Source of the DNA: a virus
Taxonomy: Duplodnaviria > Caudoviricetes
DNA: 64,000 nt
Virus record (IMG/VR): IMGVR_UViG_3300037010_001838
Direction: 5' to 3' (one strand)
The translations under genes and the position numbers were made by a program. Every line of letters starts with the position of its first letter. The first letter of the stretch is position 1. The notes beneath the pieces are model-generated. The model had not been told where the DNA came from. It saw only the letters and a program-made list of their open reading frames with translations, and made no database searches. Positions 37,140-47,258 of the stretch are shown in pieces.

Positions 37140-37745
37140 TTAAATTCCACCAGCAGAACCAGCAGCACCACCAGTTGCAACACCCTGGCCATCTGGATAT
37201 TGATAAATTTCTTGACGAGCATTATCAAACCGGATTGTCAGTGCAATTGTTACTTTTTCGTTTGCACCATAATCAAGTTCACCGAAATTTGAATTCTTAA
37301 TCCAAGCACCTTCAAGATACCAACGCTCTAACACGAATGATGCTCCGTCAAGCATTTCAATTTGAAGCGAGAACTTATAAGCAGAACCTTCAGGTGCAGA
37401 TTGTAACCATGGACCATCAGCACCAATTAACCACTTTTGTCTTTGAAGTTGCGTTTGAAGAATTTTTGTCGCAGAGCCTGTAACATCATCTTCAATAGTC
37501 ATCTCGCATTCAGCCCATGTGTGTTTTCCAGCAATCCATGCTCTTGAATTGTAACGATGAAGCTCAACTTCTTCAAAAGACAAGTTTGGGCGAGATACTT
37601 TTACTGCTTGAAATGATAAATTCTTGGAATCAACCCCACTACCACCTATATTATTAAAAATAACACGCCAACGGTCTTGGAGTTTAGGTTGTAAAAGACC
37701 ACCTGAACCAACACCTGGAATACCAAAATCTGAAATTGTAGACAT
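37140..37745 (-). CDS. gp19: Tail tube protein
   Basis: QPKLQDRWRV.F, SRPNLSFEEV, AGKHTW...TIEDD, W.LEGAWI....GELDY, LTIRFDNA. Confidence 0.93.
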   Translation of the reverse strand: MSTISDFGIPGVGSGGLLQPKLQDRWRVIFNNIGGSGVDSKNLSFQAVKVSRPNLSFEEVELHRYNSRAWIAGKHTWAECEMTIEDDVTGSATKILQTQLQRQKWLIGADGPWLQSAPEGSAYKFSLQIEMLDGASFVLERWYLEGAWIKNSNFGELDYGANEKVTIALTIRFDNARQEIYQYPDGQGVATGGAAGSAGGI

Positions 37746-37776
37746 ACACTTACTCCTGTTTAATCATATATGGAGG

Positions 37777-37784
37777 TATTTATA
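37777..37784 (-). promoter_or_regulatory. T4-type late promoter TATAAATA (gp19)
   Basis: Exact match. Confidence 0.75.
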
Positions 37785-37828
37785 ATATGCTATTGAAAAT
37801 ACCAAAAAAATCGTTTGTTTTAGTGAAA

Positions 37829-37852
37829 GCAAGGGGTATTAATACCCCTTGC
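37829..37852 (-). terminator. Terminator after the sheath gene (perfect 24-bp palindrome)
   Basis: GCAAGGGGTATTAATACCCCTTGC followed by TTTC on the minus strand. Confidence 0.7.
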
Positions 37853-37862
37853 GATCTTTTGA

Positions 37863-39626
37863 TTACATTGATGCACCAGTTGCCAAGATACGAATAGGAA
37901 TGTAAATAAATTCTATTGCTTTAGTTGGTTTCAACGCGATGTCAACATACAACTCATTACGATCAATACGATCTGGAGTATTGTTGGTTGAATCACACAA
38001 CACAGCAAAGTCGTATAAACCACGTTTAACGAGAATGTCTTGTAAAAAAGCATCAACAACAGCCTTCACATTGTTTTGAGTTATTGTATCATTCGGTTCA
38101 AATAAGAAAGGAACCGTGTTTTTACGAAGTTGACGTTTGATATACTTGATTAAGCGGGAAACGTTAACTCTATCCATTGCACTTGCAGCACCTTGAGACG
38201 TCTTCTGACCAAACACAAGAATTCCTCTTCCTGGGAGATTAGCAATAGGATTAATGTTTGTGAAATATTTGTACATATTGTCACGTTGACCTTGATTCAA
38301 AGCCGTAGGGACAAAAGTAGTTGCAGAACCTAAAGTTCCCACAACATAACCTATTTGACTAACACCAGACACCAAACCACGATTGGTTCCTGCAGGTGCA
38401 AACCAAAGTTGTGAAACATTATCACTGTATGCATATGTCCTTAAAGCGATTCCAGATGCTGCTACCATAACATCAGCACCATCCAAGTTGGAAGCTAAAC
38501 CATGTGGGTAGTAATAAGCAACGTTGTTACTATGCTGTCTTGAACTTGTTAATGAATCTCCCCAAGCAGAAACAAGAGCATCGGGATCCATATTCATGGG
38601 AGTTTCACCAATAACAAAAGCCTCTTCGTTGATGTCGATCGACAAAGCAATCATTTCATCCACAACTTCAGGATAACCTGGGCAGAGAATCAAGTTGAAT
38701 TCATACTGATCAGAACGAATTGTTTGATTACTGTTAATTGAAGCTTGTAACGCTTGAACGATTGCAACGCGGCGGGCGGCATCGTTTGCACCCAACATCG
38801 TTGAATTCAAGAACTCAACTGTAAACTTGAATGAATTTGCTGCTTCTATTAATAATGCAGATGCTTCAGTCGCCGTCCATTCAGTCTCGTGTCCTGTTGT
38901 TGAACCTGAATTGTTTGCAACCCATTCCGCAGCTAATCCTGCAAGACCAATGTAACCTCCTGATGCTGGTAAAGCAAAACCATTCGCATATACACAAAAT
39001 CCAGGAATTGTGGCAGAACACACAGCAGTTGAATGATCGTTTTGAAACAATGGCTCCAAATTTCGGAACGAATACATATCATACACAGATTGTAACGCAG
39101 AAGTTGCATCAGAAATAAACTCTGTTTTTGTCACTGTTGTTTTATATAAAGGATTGCTTGGAATATATAGGTTTGTGTTGTTATATTCTTGAAGACGTGC
39201 AGCAATTAATTGTTCCATAACATTACTTGCATGTTGAACAGCACTATCCCACATCGCCATAATGTTATTTGGATCATCATCCAAATTCACATTAGCGCGA
39301 ATAACATATGCTTTACTTCCAATCCCAAGGAACTGATTAAGCGCAAACACACCATACTCATTACGGCAATCGCCGTGTTGTGGATTCCCTTGGGAATTTA
39401 CAATAAAGCGTGGAACACCGTACAATTGAGTGCTTTGTGTTACTGACGTAACTGTTTCAATAACGTCATGTTCGTACGTTCCAGTTGCTGGCGTAACACC
39501 ATCTGGTCTAAACTTTTGATCTGCTGTTGCAATAAACAGTAATGGAACCGTTGGTGCTGATGCTGGAATGAAGAAAGATTCATCAGTAACAGTTACTGAA
39601 ACTCCAGGGGAAACTAACATAGCCAT
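37863..39626 (-). CDS. gp18: Tail sheath protein
   Basis: LVSPGVSVTVTDES, WFAPAGTNRG, INPI...PG.G..VFGQKT, DRVNVSRL, FEPND, NNTPDRIDRNEL, PTKAIEFI. Confidence 0.97.
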   Translation of the reverse strand: MAMLVSPGVSVTVTDESFFIPASAPTVPLLFIATADQKFRPDGVTPATGTYEHDVIETVTSVTQSTQLYGVPRFIVNSQGNPQHGDCRNEYGVFALNQFLGIGSKAYVIRANVNLDDDPNNIMAMWDSAVQHASNVMEQLIAARLQEYNNTNLYIPSNPLYKTTVTKTEFISDATSALQSVYDMYSFRNLEPLFQNDHSTAVCSATIPGFCVYANGFALPASGGYIGLAGLAAEWVANNSGSTTGHETEWTATEASALLIEAANSFKFTVEFLNSTMLGANDAARRVAIVQALQASINSNQTIRSDQYEFNLILCPGYPEVVDEMIALSIDINEEAFVIGETPMNMDPDALVSAWGDSLTSSRQHSNNVAYYYPHGLASNLDGADVMVAASGIALRTYAYSDNVSQLWFAPAGTNRGLVSGVSQIGYVVGTLGSATTFVPTALNQGQRDNMYKYFTNINPIANLPGRGILVFGQKTSQGAASAMDRVNVSRLIKYIKRQLRKNTVPFLFEPNDTITQNNVKAVVDAFLQDILVKRGLYDFAVLCDSTNNTPDRIDRNELYVDIALKPTKAIEFIYIPIRILATGASM

Positions 39627-39705
39627 AATAAAATCTCCTTTTAGTGTATCATGATAAACTCACAATACTCGTCTTTTTAGATCATATGTGAGTGTTCTAT
39701 AATAG

Positions 39706-39713
39706 TATTTATA
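39706..39713 (-). promoter_or_regulatory. T4-type late promoter TATAAATA (gp18)
   Basis: Exact match. Confidence 0.75.
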
Positions 39714-39816
39714 AAAAACTCCATAAATCCCCGAAGTTAATGAAAAAGTTAGAGATGTTATTTGACGTTAAATTTTATAAACCACTAGGTTTGAGGGTCT
39801 ATCTATGATATGGTGT

Positions 39817-40575
39817 TTACTTAACGATCAAATCGTCAGTGGAAACAATTAATTCATAGTCAATATTCTGTTTATCTAGTTGATCAATGATTTCTTCATT
39901 TGAAAGATTTTGCCCTTCAACAATTCCTATTCTGGTGTATATTTGTTGAATGAGTTGATTTTTTAAATTAGCAGGAGCTGAAATATAAATCGGAATATCA
40001 AATGTGATAGTTGTAACAATCATTCGTCTATCCGTACCAGCAGGATAATTTTCTTCATAATTTATATTTCGGAGAAACACAGTTGTCAATTTTGTCCAAT
40101 CAAAAGCTGAATCAGAGATTTGAATTTGTAAAATAGGATCAAACAACATAAAAATTTGTTCCAAGATTTGATGTTGAGTATTAATATTACTCGTAAAGAT
40201 TGACAAAGACATCGTTATGTCATATGGATTTGGCATTAGTTGATGAACCACTTTTGCGTCTTCGGGTAATAATCCACCACGCGGAACATATGGAGTAGTT
40301 CTCATTGTCCCAACCCCTTTTTTTCTGTTATCTGCGTATGTGATTCCAGAAAGAAAACAGCTCATTACAGGTAACCTTAACGGTTTGTTTTGAGTATTAT
40401 CATTTAATATAGAAGATGCTACACGGTCTTTACTACCATATTGAATCGGAACAAGCAAAGATTGTTCAGTTCCATTTGCAGATTTTCCTGTCATAACTGT
40501 TAAGCCATTAAAAATATTCATAAATTGAACAATATATCTTGCAAATTGACTGTTAAAGTAATATGTGTTAATCAT
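39817..40575 (-). CDS. gp15: Tail terminator / sheath stabiliser
   Basis: YYFNSQFARYI.QF..IF, VPIQYG..DR, LRLP.MS, MP.PY...LSI, QILEQI..LF.P. Confidence 0.88.
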   Translation of the reverse strand: MINTYYFNSQFARYIVQFMNIFNGLTVMTGKSANGTEQSLLVPIQYGSKDRVASSILNDNTQNKPLRLPVMSCFLSGITYADNRKKGVGTMRTTPYVPRGGLLPEDAKVVHQLMPNPYDITMSLSIFTSNINTQHQILEQIFMLFDPILQIQISDSAFDWTKLTTVFLRNINYEENYPAGTDRRMIVTTITFDIPIYISAPANLKNQLIQQIYTRIGIVEGQNLSNEEIIDQLDKQNIDYELIVSTDDLIVK

Positions 40576-40689
40576 AATTTTGTATTCCAAAAGAATTATT
40601 CTTAAATCTCATTACAATCTCCATATATGTACACACTATTTACTATCTCTTTGTCGTTTGTTCATTTATATGATACGTTTAACTTCTTC

Positions 40690-42243
40690 TCACGACGTGA
40701 TTTCATTGTTGTTTACTTTGTTAGGATCCTGAAGTAACGATTGTAATTGTGGTTTAGGGTTAACCAATAACGAACGTCGATCCTCTTCAACGAAAATCCA
40801 CCTATTCTTCAATACACTATATTTGTGCAATCTAACTGGAATATTAAATTTTGCTTCATACGTCAAACGATGATAATCTCCATCCTTCGGATGTGTAGGA
40901 AATGATACTCCTTCAGTATAAGGTTCTCCATTTGGTGGAAGCCCGTCTTCAACATAAACTCCACGTTGATTAAAATTGAACTTACCAAGATCAACACCTT
41001 GTGATGCAGCACTTTTAATTTCTTCATCTGTAAACACTCGTATGTTGGCAGTATCTTCACCACCTTCTGGAACTTGAGTGTTTGCTGCAGATGATGCTCT
41101 TATGTTTGAAACAAACGCTTCAGGATTAAATGCTGACTGTTCAATACCAAGAAAATCGTTTAGGTTAGACGGTGGATTTATGTCTCCAATAATATCCATT
41201 GTTTCTTGGCTCGCCAACATAGGCATAGCAGCAACACGAAGTAAAGTTGGTTTCCATCCTGGAGTAAATCCTTCTGTTGCCCAACCCACATCTGTTACTT
41301 CAAGATATTTCTTTATAGGTTTTAAAGTGGGAGAATATTGTGTTTCACTTGGAACTTCAAATATGTCACCTATAACAATTGGTCTTCCAATCATCTTAAC
41401 AGCAGTATTAAAAGCAATTTTAAATACATACGTTTGAGTAGAACTCATATCAATTCCGAATCTTGATAAGTTTGTTAAATATTCTTGTAAATCATAATAT
41501 CCTTTAATTTGGACACTATCAGCTGAATATGATCTATCACGATTTTCCAAAAACCCCAATTCATCTTGAATATTTGATAACTGCGTGGCAGTTAAATCAG
41601 TTAAGGTGAGTTGTTTTACAGCCCAATAATCTTGTGTCCCACCATTAAATGTGATTGGTCTGATTCTCCAATACCTTGAAGCAGCCGATTGTCTGAAAGA
41701 AATTAATTCAAGGTTAAAGGTATCTGGTAAGGTAACGACATCAACACCAAACCACTGAACCCCATCATTTGATCGTTCAATTCGTGCTTTAACGACCCGG
41801 TTATTACTTTCACAACCTTGTTGTATCTGTATCGATGTTATATGGTGTTTAACTTGTGTGTCGACTGAATAACGTAAGCGACCGTTATCCAACCTAATCG
41901 GCCCAAAATCGTAACCAATATATGATGCTGTGACAACTAGTGAACCTTTTTGTGTTGACCGCCATTCATCAAAATTTTTATTAAATGCAAATGAAGCTGG
42001 GTAATCTTTATATTCTCCACTCGAGATTGGTGTACCGGATCCCGTTAAATCGATCAATTGACCTTGTTCGTGTACTCCTAATAACTTAAACACATTAATA
42101 GGAGCAGATGCAAGATTTAACGCTTCCGCTACCAAATCTTGAATATAACAATTCGCTGGATCTGAACTTAAATCATAAGGAGAGCACACTGATTCGGAGT
42201 TGCAATCAGTCGCTAAATTGTTAACACTTCCACACGTTGACAT
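40690..42243 (-). CDS. gp14: Neck protein gp14-like with inserted discoidin (F5/8 type C) domain
   Basis: FKLLGVHEQG, ENRDRSY, LSRFGI, GRP..IGD.FEVP; insert WRS...YIGYDFG...ERSNDGVQW...SRYWRI. Confidence 0.82.
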   Translation of the reverse strand: MSTCGSVNNLATDCNSESVCSPYDLSSDPANCYIQDLVAEALNLASAPINVFKLLGVHEQGQLIDLTGSGTPISSGEYKDYPASFAFNKNFDEWRSTQKGSLVVTASYIGYDFGPIRLDNGRLRYSVDTQVKHHITSIQIQQGCESNNRVVKARIERSNDGVQWFGVDVVTLPDTFNLELISFRQSAASRYWRIRPITFNGGTQDYWAVKQLTLTDLTATQLSNIQDELGFLENRDRSYSADSVQIKGYYDLQEYLTNLSRFGIDMSSTQTYVFKIAFNTAVKMIGRPIVIGDIFEVPSETQYSPTLKPIKKYLEVTDVGWATEGFTPGWKPTLLRVAAMPMLASQETMDIIGDINPPSNLNDFLGIEQSAFNPEAFVSNIRASSAANTQVPEGGEDTANIRVFTDEEIKSAASQGVDLGKFNFNQRGVYVEDGLPPNGEPYTEGVSFPTHPKDGDYHRLTYEAKFNIPVRLHKYSVLKNRWIFVEEDRRSLLVNPKPQLQSLLQDPNKVNNNEITS

Positions 42244-42347
42244 AAGATCTCACACTAATTCTAATTATTTATCATTCTAATACTTCATTGTATTATTTGT
42301 ATTCGTTTTTAAACTTTGAAGTATTCGTTGTTCCAATATTTTATGGC

Positions 42348-45300
42348 TTAACCCATGATAATCTGTGATCCTAATCCAATGTCTTCGAAATTGCTATTCG
42401 CGATGTAGTTATCAAGCTCATCAATACACTGTTGAAATTCCTTTTCCGCTCTTGCTCTTAAATCGACAGCATTTAATGTAACACCACCACCTGCTCCTGG
42501 TAAATTGCCGAACTTGCCACGAATTTCAGCCAATATCAAACAAGCTTCACCAGTCGCCCAGGTTTGAATCCAGTTATTTAAAAAACGATCTGCCATAATA
42601 TCTTGTTCTGTTCGTTCTATCATTACATCCATTAATACTCGTTCATCTCTAAACAAATTTTGGTGAATTGATAATAATCTTGGTTTTTCTCTCCACGTAT
42701 ACATGATGTTTGCAGCAAACAATTTCTCCATTAATTCTGTATATTCATTAATAATGTGATAACTCACTAAATCAAACGTTCCCATTTGATACAAATGTTG
42801 TAACACCAATTGACCATATACACCCTGTCCTTCAGCAGAACCGAGAATAGCAGCAGTCATTCTATAAATTCCCATGATGTTAACAATTTTATGGAAACCA
42901 ACTGTTTTATCTGTTAATTTGTAAGTTTGTTGTCCAGCTTTCATATCCATAAAGAAAAATGCTCGTTCATATCCTGAAGAGCCCATTCTCCTTAATGTTT
43001 GCAAACCTTGATCGACACAGAAGTTTAAATGTTCTTTTGTTAATTCAACCTGAACGACGGGATATCCAAATTGAATTAAAATCGTCTCAATCATTTCCCT
43101 ACGTTCTTCGGAAGTACCATCTGTTCCCACGCCTTGTTGAAGATAAGAAGGTGTTGGAAGAAGTCCGTCTGTTCCTCTCGTTGGTGGGTTAATCGCACCT
43201 CTTGGAATCAAATTCGCAAATAAACCATTTGGTGATATTCCATCTGTTACAATAATCGTAGATTTGGAACCAGTCGTTCCACTTGTAAATACCAAATTTC
43301 CTAATTCATTCAAGGAAACACGAGGAACACTCGCAACTACCCACGAACTACCGTTCCAACTATACAAAGATTTTTCAGTTGTATTATACCACAACGAACC
43401 AGTAGAATAAGAAACTGGTTGTGTTTGAAATATAAGTGAAATCCAAGCAATCCCATTCCAAACATACAAGGAATTAAGTTGAGGATTGTACCAATATTGT
43501 CCAGGTAATATAGAAGTTGGAGGTATGTTAAATTCTGCATAAGGAATTGTTACCCAACTTCCGCTTTGATGAATACTCCAGGAATTTGTTAGTGTATTAT
43601 TCCACAAAATCCCGTCACTAATAGTTGCGGGATCATTTGCAAATGATATTGCCGAAATTACAACCCACTGCATTCCATCCCAACATCTTAAGGTTGTTCC
43701 ATCATTCCAGCAAACATTTTTTTCAATAACGACTTTTTCTGAAGGATCAAGTGAACTTTCCACAAAATTGTTAACTAATTTCCATTGTTGACTTACTTGG
43801 TCCCACGCAAATAAGCTATCATTCCATAATAATTCTCCTGCAGAAGGGGTAGTAGGATCTGTTGCCCACACGATCATTTCATTTGATGAAATAACCCAAT
43901 TAACTCCATCCCACTCATATAACGTATCAGTAGATGTGTTCACCCACAACGTTGAAATAACATAACTTGAAGGAGGAGTAACATCATTAACAACAACTTG
44001 GTAAGATGGAGCACTCCAAGTATTAACATTCCTTACCTGTAATTTATTCACAGAAGTATTAAACCAATATACTCCATCTAAAATAGTTCTTGGATCTCCA
44101 TTCCAATCCAAAACATTAACTTGTGTCCAGATTCCTTCTGTTAATTCCCCATTTTTACATGAACCATTTGAAGTTATCCACTGGAACATTTGATTTGTTG
44201 TTGAGTTTAACCAGAACATCCCACATGGAAGAACTGGAGCACTTGAAGGATCTGATATTTGGTTTATTGTTGTTTGTGGTTTCCAAATAGTTCCATCCCA
44301 CTGAAAACATGTCGTTCCGTTAAACCAATATGTTCCACACTCTGGAACAGAAGGATCAGATGCAAAATTAATCGATTTTTGTAAAACCCAGGACGTTCCA
44401 TTCCATTTACTCATTGTTTGAGTAGTTGAATTTAACCAAAAATCGTTAACAGTCGGTGAAGTTGGATCACTGATACTCGTTAGAGTGTTTTGTAATACGT
44501 TGTGTGTTCCATTCCAAATATATACTTCGTTCGTTAGTTGATTTACATAAATTGTTTCAGTTCCAGGGGCGTTAGGACCCTGAAATGGGTTATTCAATGT
44601 TGATAAATTAAAATTAATTAAATCTATTAATTGTTGATATGTCTGAGCCTGACTTCCACTAATTGAAATCAGTGGACCTTTAAAATTTTGACTTAATAAC
44701 GTACTCTGATTTAGTGTATTTAAAAATCCATCATTAAAACCATCAAATTGATCATACACACTATTCAAATCCATATTATCAAAGCCTGGGTAATCTACAG
44801 AAACATTGAAAGTATAAGTGTTTGTTGAAACGAGTCCAGTACTATCTGATGACAGAACTCCAAGTTTTATTGTTTGACATCCTGCCGTATCAGGATCATG
44901 AGGGGTTTCCTGATAATCTTGTGAATATGAATGTGCTCCTTCTAAATCATACGTCCCAACATTATCTACAGCAAAACCCGTGATATAATATGGTGTGTTT
45001 AATTGTAAACCTGAAATATCTAAAGAAGTAGTTGTTTTATCGTCATAAAAAGCACCAATTACTAACCCTGTTCCTATTTTACTTCCAGCATGTAGATTGC
45101 GATCCACAGTTGGATCTCCAGTGTAATACTTTTGATTGGTTGGAGTTTGTTCTTGTTTTATAGGAACTGTGTCCGCGACAACCAAAATTCCATTATATGA
45201 TAAATCATCAACAGAACACCCTGGTGCACCTTTTGGAAGGGTCCAACTAACATTTGCCGTTGATGGACTTGTTTTTTGTAATTTTAGAGTTATTTCACGC

Positions 45301-45353
45301 CCTTCGCTGGAAATTTTTCCAGGAGCGTCAGTGTAAAAACCTAGTGTTGACAT
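42348..45353 (-). CDS. gp13: Neck protein gp13-like with ~730-aa repetitive N-terminal extension
   Basis: C-terminal GYPVVQVELT..HL..C.D..L...NWIQ.W..G....ILA..RGKF..LPG..GGVTLN; N-terminal FN3-like region and about a dozen P..G..W.N....L..W.G..W repeats. Confidence 0.88.
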   Translation of the reverse strand: MSTLGFYTDAPGKISSEGREITLKLQKTSPSTANVSWTLPKGAPGCSVDDLSYNGILVVADTVPIKQEQTPTNQKYYTGDPTVDRNLHAGSKIGTGLVIGAFYDDKTTTSLDISGLQLNTPYYITGFAVDNVGTYDLEGAHSYSQDYQETPHDPDTAGCQTIKLGVLSSDSTGLVSTNTYTFNVSVDYPGFDNMDLNSVYDQFDGFNDGFLNTLNQSTLLSQNFKGPLISISGSQAQTYQQLIDLINFNLSTLNNPFQGPNAPGTETIYVNQLTNEVYIWNGTHNVLQNTLTSISDPTSPTVNDFWLNSTTQTMSKWNGTSWVLQKSINFASDPSVPECGTYWFNGTTCFQWDGTIWKPQTTINQISDPSSAPVLPCGMFWLNSTTNQMFQWITSNGSCKNGELTEGIWTQVNVLDWNGDPRTILDGVYWFNTSVNKLQVRNVNTWSAPSYQVVVNDVTPPSSYVISTLWVNTSTDTLYEWDGVNWVISSNEMIVWATDPTTPSAGELLWNDSLFAWDQVSQQWKLVNNFVESSLDPSEKVVIEKNVCWNDGTTLRCWDGMQWVVISAISFANDPATISDGILWNNTLTNSWSIHQSGSWVTIPYAEFNIPPTSILPGQYWYNPQLNSLYVWNGIAWISLIFQTQPVSYSTGSLWYNTTEKSLYSWNGSSWVVASVPRVSLNELGNLVFTSGTTGSKSTIIVTDGISPNGLFANLIPRGAINPPTRGTDGLLPTPSYLQQGVGTDGTSEERREMIETILIQFGYPVVQVELTKEHLNFCVDQGLQTLRRMGSSGYERAFFFMDMKAGQQTYKLTDKTVGFHKIVNIMGIYRMTAAILGSAEGQGVYGQLVLQHLYQMGTFDLVSYHIINEYTELMEKLFAANIMYTWREKPRLLSIHQNLFRDERVLMDVMIERTEQDIMADRFLNNWIQTWATGEACLILAEIRGKFGNLPGAGGGVTLNAVDLRARAEKEFQQCIDELDNYIANSNFEDIGLGSQIIMG

Positions 45354-45382
45354 TAATAACCTCTTTTGTATAGTTCAACATT

Positions 45383-45390
45383 TATTTATA
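45383..45390 (-). promoter_or_regulatory. T4-type late promoter TATAAATA (gp13)
   Basis: Exact match. Confidence 0.75.
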
Positions 45391-45411
45391 CAAAAGAGGT
45401 GTTGATTTACT

Positions 45412-45747
45412 TCACGATGTTACTTCATTAGTATTTTTTGATAACCAACTCTTTAATTTAGAACCTTTCCAGTTCGTAAAATAATCGGTTTCATTTAAAG
45501 TTGGATTTTTTTCATCTTCAAACCGAATATGAACAGGTGTTGGATCGTTCACATCATCATATTTCCATTCCACAACCACTTGTTGTTTTGGTTTTAACAA
45601 CAACGTAATCTTACTGTCATCTTCTCCATACACAGCAAGTTTACAATATCGAGAAATATCATAAACAGATCGTTGAACAGGCGATTTTTGTATTGCTTCT
45701 AACAGCCTATTTTTTGAATCCAAATATTCTTTGAAAGTAAGTTTCAT
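45412..45747 (-). CDS. Hypothetical late protein
   Basis: MKLTFKEYL start; TATAAATA at 45783-90 upstream. Confidence 0.65.
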   Translation of the reverse strand: MKLTFKEYLDSKNRLLEAIQKSPVQRSVYDISRYCKLAVYGEDDSKITLLLKPKQQVVVEWKYDDVNDPTPVHIRFEDEKNPTLNETDYFTNWKGSKLKSWLSKNTNEVTS

Positions 45748-45830
45748 GTTCACCAACACAAAAAAGAAAAATTTACAATAAGTATTTATACGTTTAAATC
45801 TTGATAGTTATAATCAGGTTAAAAACACAA

Positions 45831-45860
45831 AGAAAAACCCCCAATTGTGGGGGTTTTTCT
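45831..45860 (-). terminator. Rho-independent terminator after the major capsid gene
   Basis: AGAAAAACCCCC-N6-GGGGGTTTTTCT. Confidence 0.85.
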
Positions 45861-45877
45861 TAACTTCTTTTTAAAGA

Positions 45878-47227
45878 TTAAGCTAATGACATACCAGTAA
45901 CGTTGATCTTTCCGTAGTAGTCAGCACTGTTACCAAGAGATGTTGCTTTGTTGGTAAATGTGGTCTTACCATAACGAGTCATTAATGAAACGACTGGTTG
46001 GAAAGTAACTGGGTTAATAACAACACCAGAAGACATTAATGGGATGTATGGGCAGTAGAAGTAACCAGAATCAGTTTCACCATTTCCACCCTTGTAACCA
46101 ACAAGAATACTGTCGTTACCAGTTCCACCAAAATCTGTTGAATCAACTTGGTTCCACAAATATGTGTAAACCTTGATAGTTCCATTCAATGTTCCGGCAA
46201 GCATTGTGTTGTTAGGACCCTTGAAAGAACCCTGAACAGCAGGAGCAAAAACGCTCTTTGCAGCTGATTGAAGAACTGAAACAATCATTGGTGATACAAC
46301 GATGAAGTTACCCTGTCCACGACGAGTCTTACGAGCAATCTCGTTAGCGACGTAGTTGATCATAACACCAAGGTTAGCCAAACGATCACCAACGAATGTT
46401 GGACGATAATAACCTGGAGCTGCTGGTAATGAACCATCAAATGTTGCAACTGTTCCAGCAAGACCCAAAAGGTCAGTAATAATTTCGTTGTCGATTTCCT
46501 GAACGATTTCTGCTGAAAGAGCCTTTGTCATTTCGTTTTCAAGATCAAGACCGTGCTGTGCTTGTAAATCTTGCATAGCTTCAATTGTCCAACCTGCTTG
46601 CAACTTACGTGAACCAGCTTCAACAGCTTGTGACATAACTTGCACAGTCATACGACGACCACCAGAAGCTTCAATAGTACCACCTGAACCACCAACAGTG
46701 CAACCATCCAAAGATGAGAAACCTGCATTAGCACCCCAAGATTTTCCTTGTGCAACACCAGTAATTGATCCTGGAGCTGGAGCACCCATACCATCAGCAC
46801 CTGCAACTTGGGAAGCATCTGTTGTACCAGAATAGAAACGACGCATTGCATTCAAGTTACCAAAAGCTTCAAAGTCTGTTGGGTCACTAGCATTTGGAAT
46901 ATCACCTTCTGGAGTAACACTTGTAGTGATACTATCAGCATATTTGTAACGTAAAGAATACACAAGACCAACTGGACCTTGCATAGGTTGAACACCAACA
47001 ATTTCCGTAGCAATAGTGCTAGGAATAATACGACGGATCATTGGGATGATGATCTTACGGAAACCAGCAATTGATGCTGCATCTGTAGATCCTGCTGCTG
47101 CGGTTTCTGTTAAAACCTGTGTCTTCTGATTTTCAAGAAGAGTTCCTGTGATCTCTTTCTTTGAACCATCAAGACCTTCTAAAAGGGCTTCCTTAATTTC
47201 GCCCCAGTTTTCTAAAAGTTCATTCAT
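45878..47227 (-). CDS. gp23: Major capsid protein
   Basis: LLENQ, IRRIIP..IA.EIVGVQPM.GP.GLVYSLRY, RKL.A.WT.E..QDL.AQHGLD.E.E, EI..EID.EI, GYFYCPYIPL, F.P......RYG. Confidence 0.98.
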   Translation of the reverse strand: MNELLENWGEIKEALLEGLDGSKKEITGTLLENQKTQVLTETAAAGSTDAASIAGFRKIIIPMIRRIIPSTIATEIVGVQPMQGPVGLVYSLRYKYADSITTSVTPEGDIPNASDPTDFEAFGNLNAMRRFYSGTTDASQVAGADGMGAPAPGSITGVAQGKSWGANAGFSSLDGCTVGGSGGTIEASGGRRMTVQVMSQAVEAGSRKLQAGWTIEAMQDLQAQHGLDLENEMTKALSAEIVQEIDNEIITDLLGLAGTVATFDGSLPAAPGYYRPTFVGDRLANLGVMINYVANEIARKTRRGQGNFIVVSPMIVSVLQSAAKSVFAPAVQGSFKGPNNTMLAGTLNGTIKVYTYLWNQVDSTDFGGTGNDSILVGYKGGNGETDSGYFYCPYIPLMSSGVVINPVTFQPVVSLMTRYGKTTFTNKATSLGNSADYYGKINVTGMSLA

Positions 47228-47258
47228 TTTAAACTCCCTGTAAGTAAGTTGTTGTAAA

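Noticed and set aside
42279-42325. 9-bp inverted repeat AATACTTCA/TGAAGTATT sharing a core with the 23746 hairpin
   Set aside because: Short, AT-rich and with a long loop; compatible with chance
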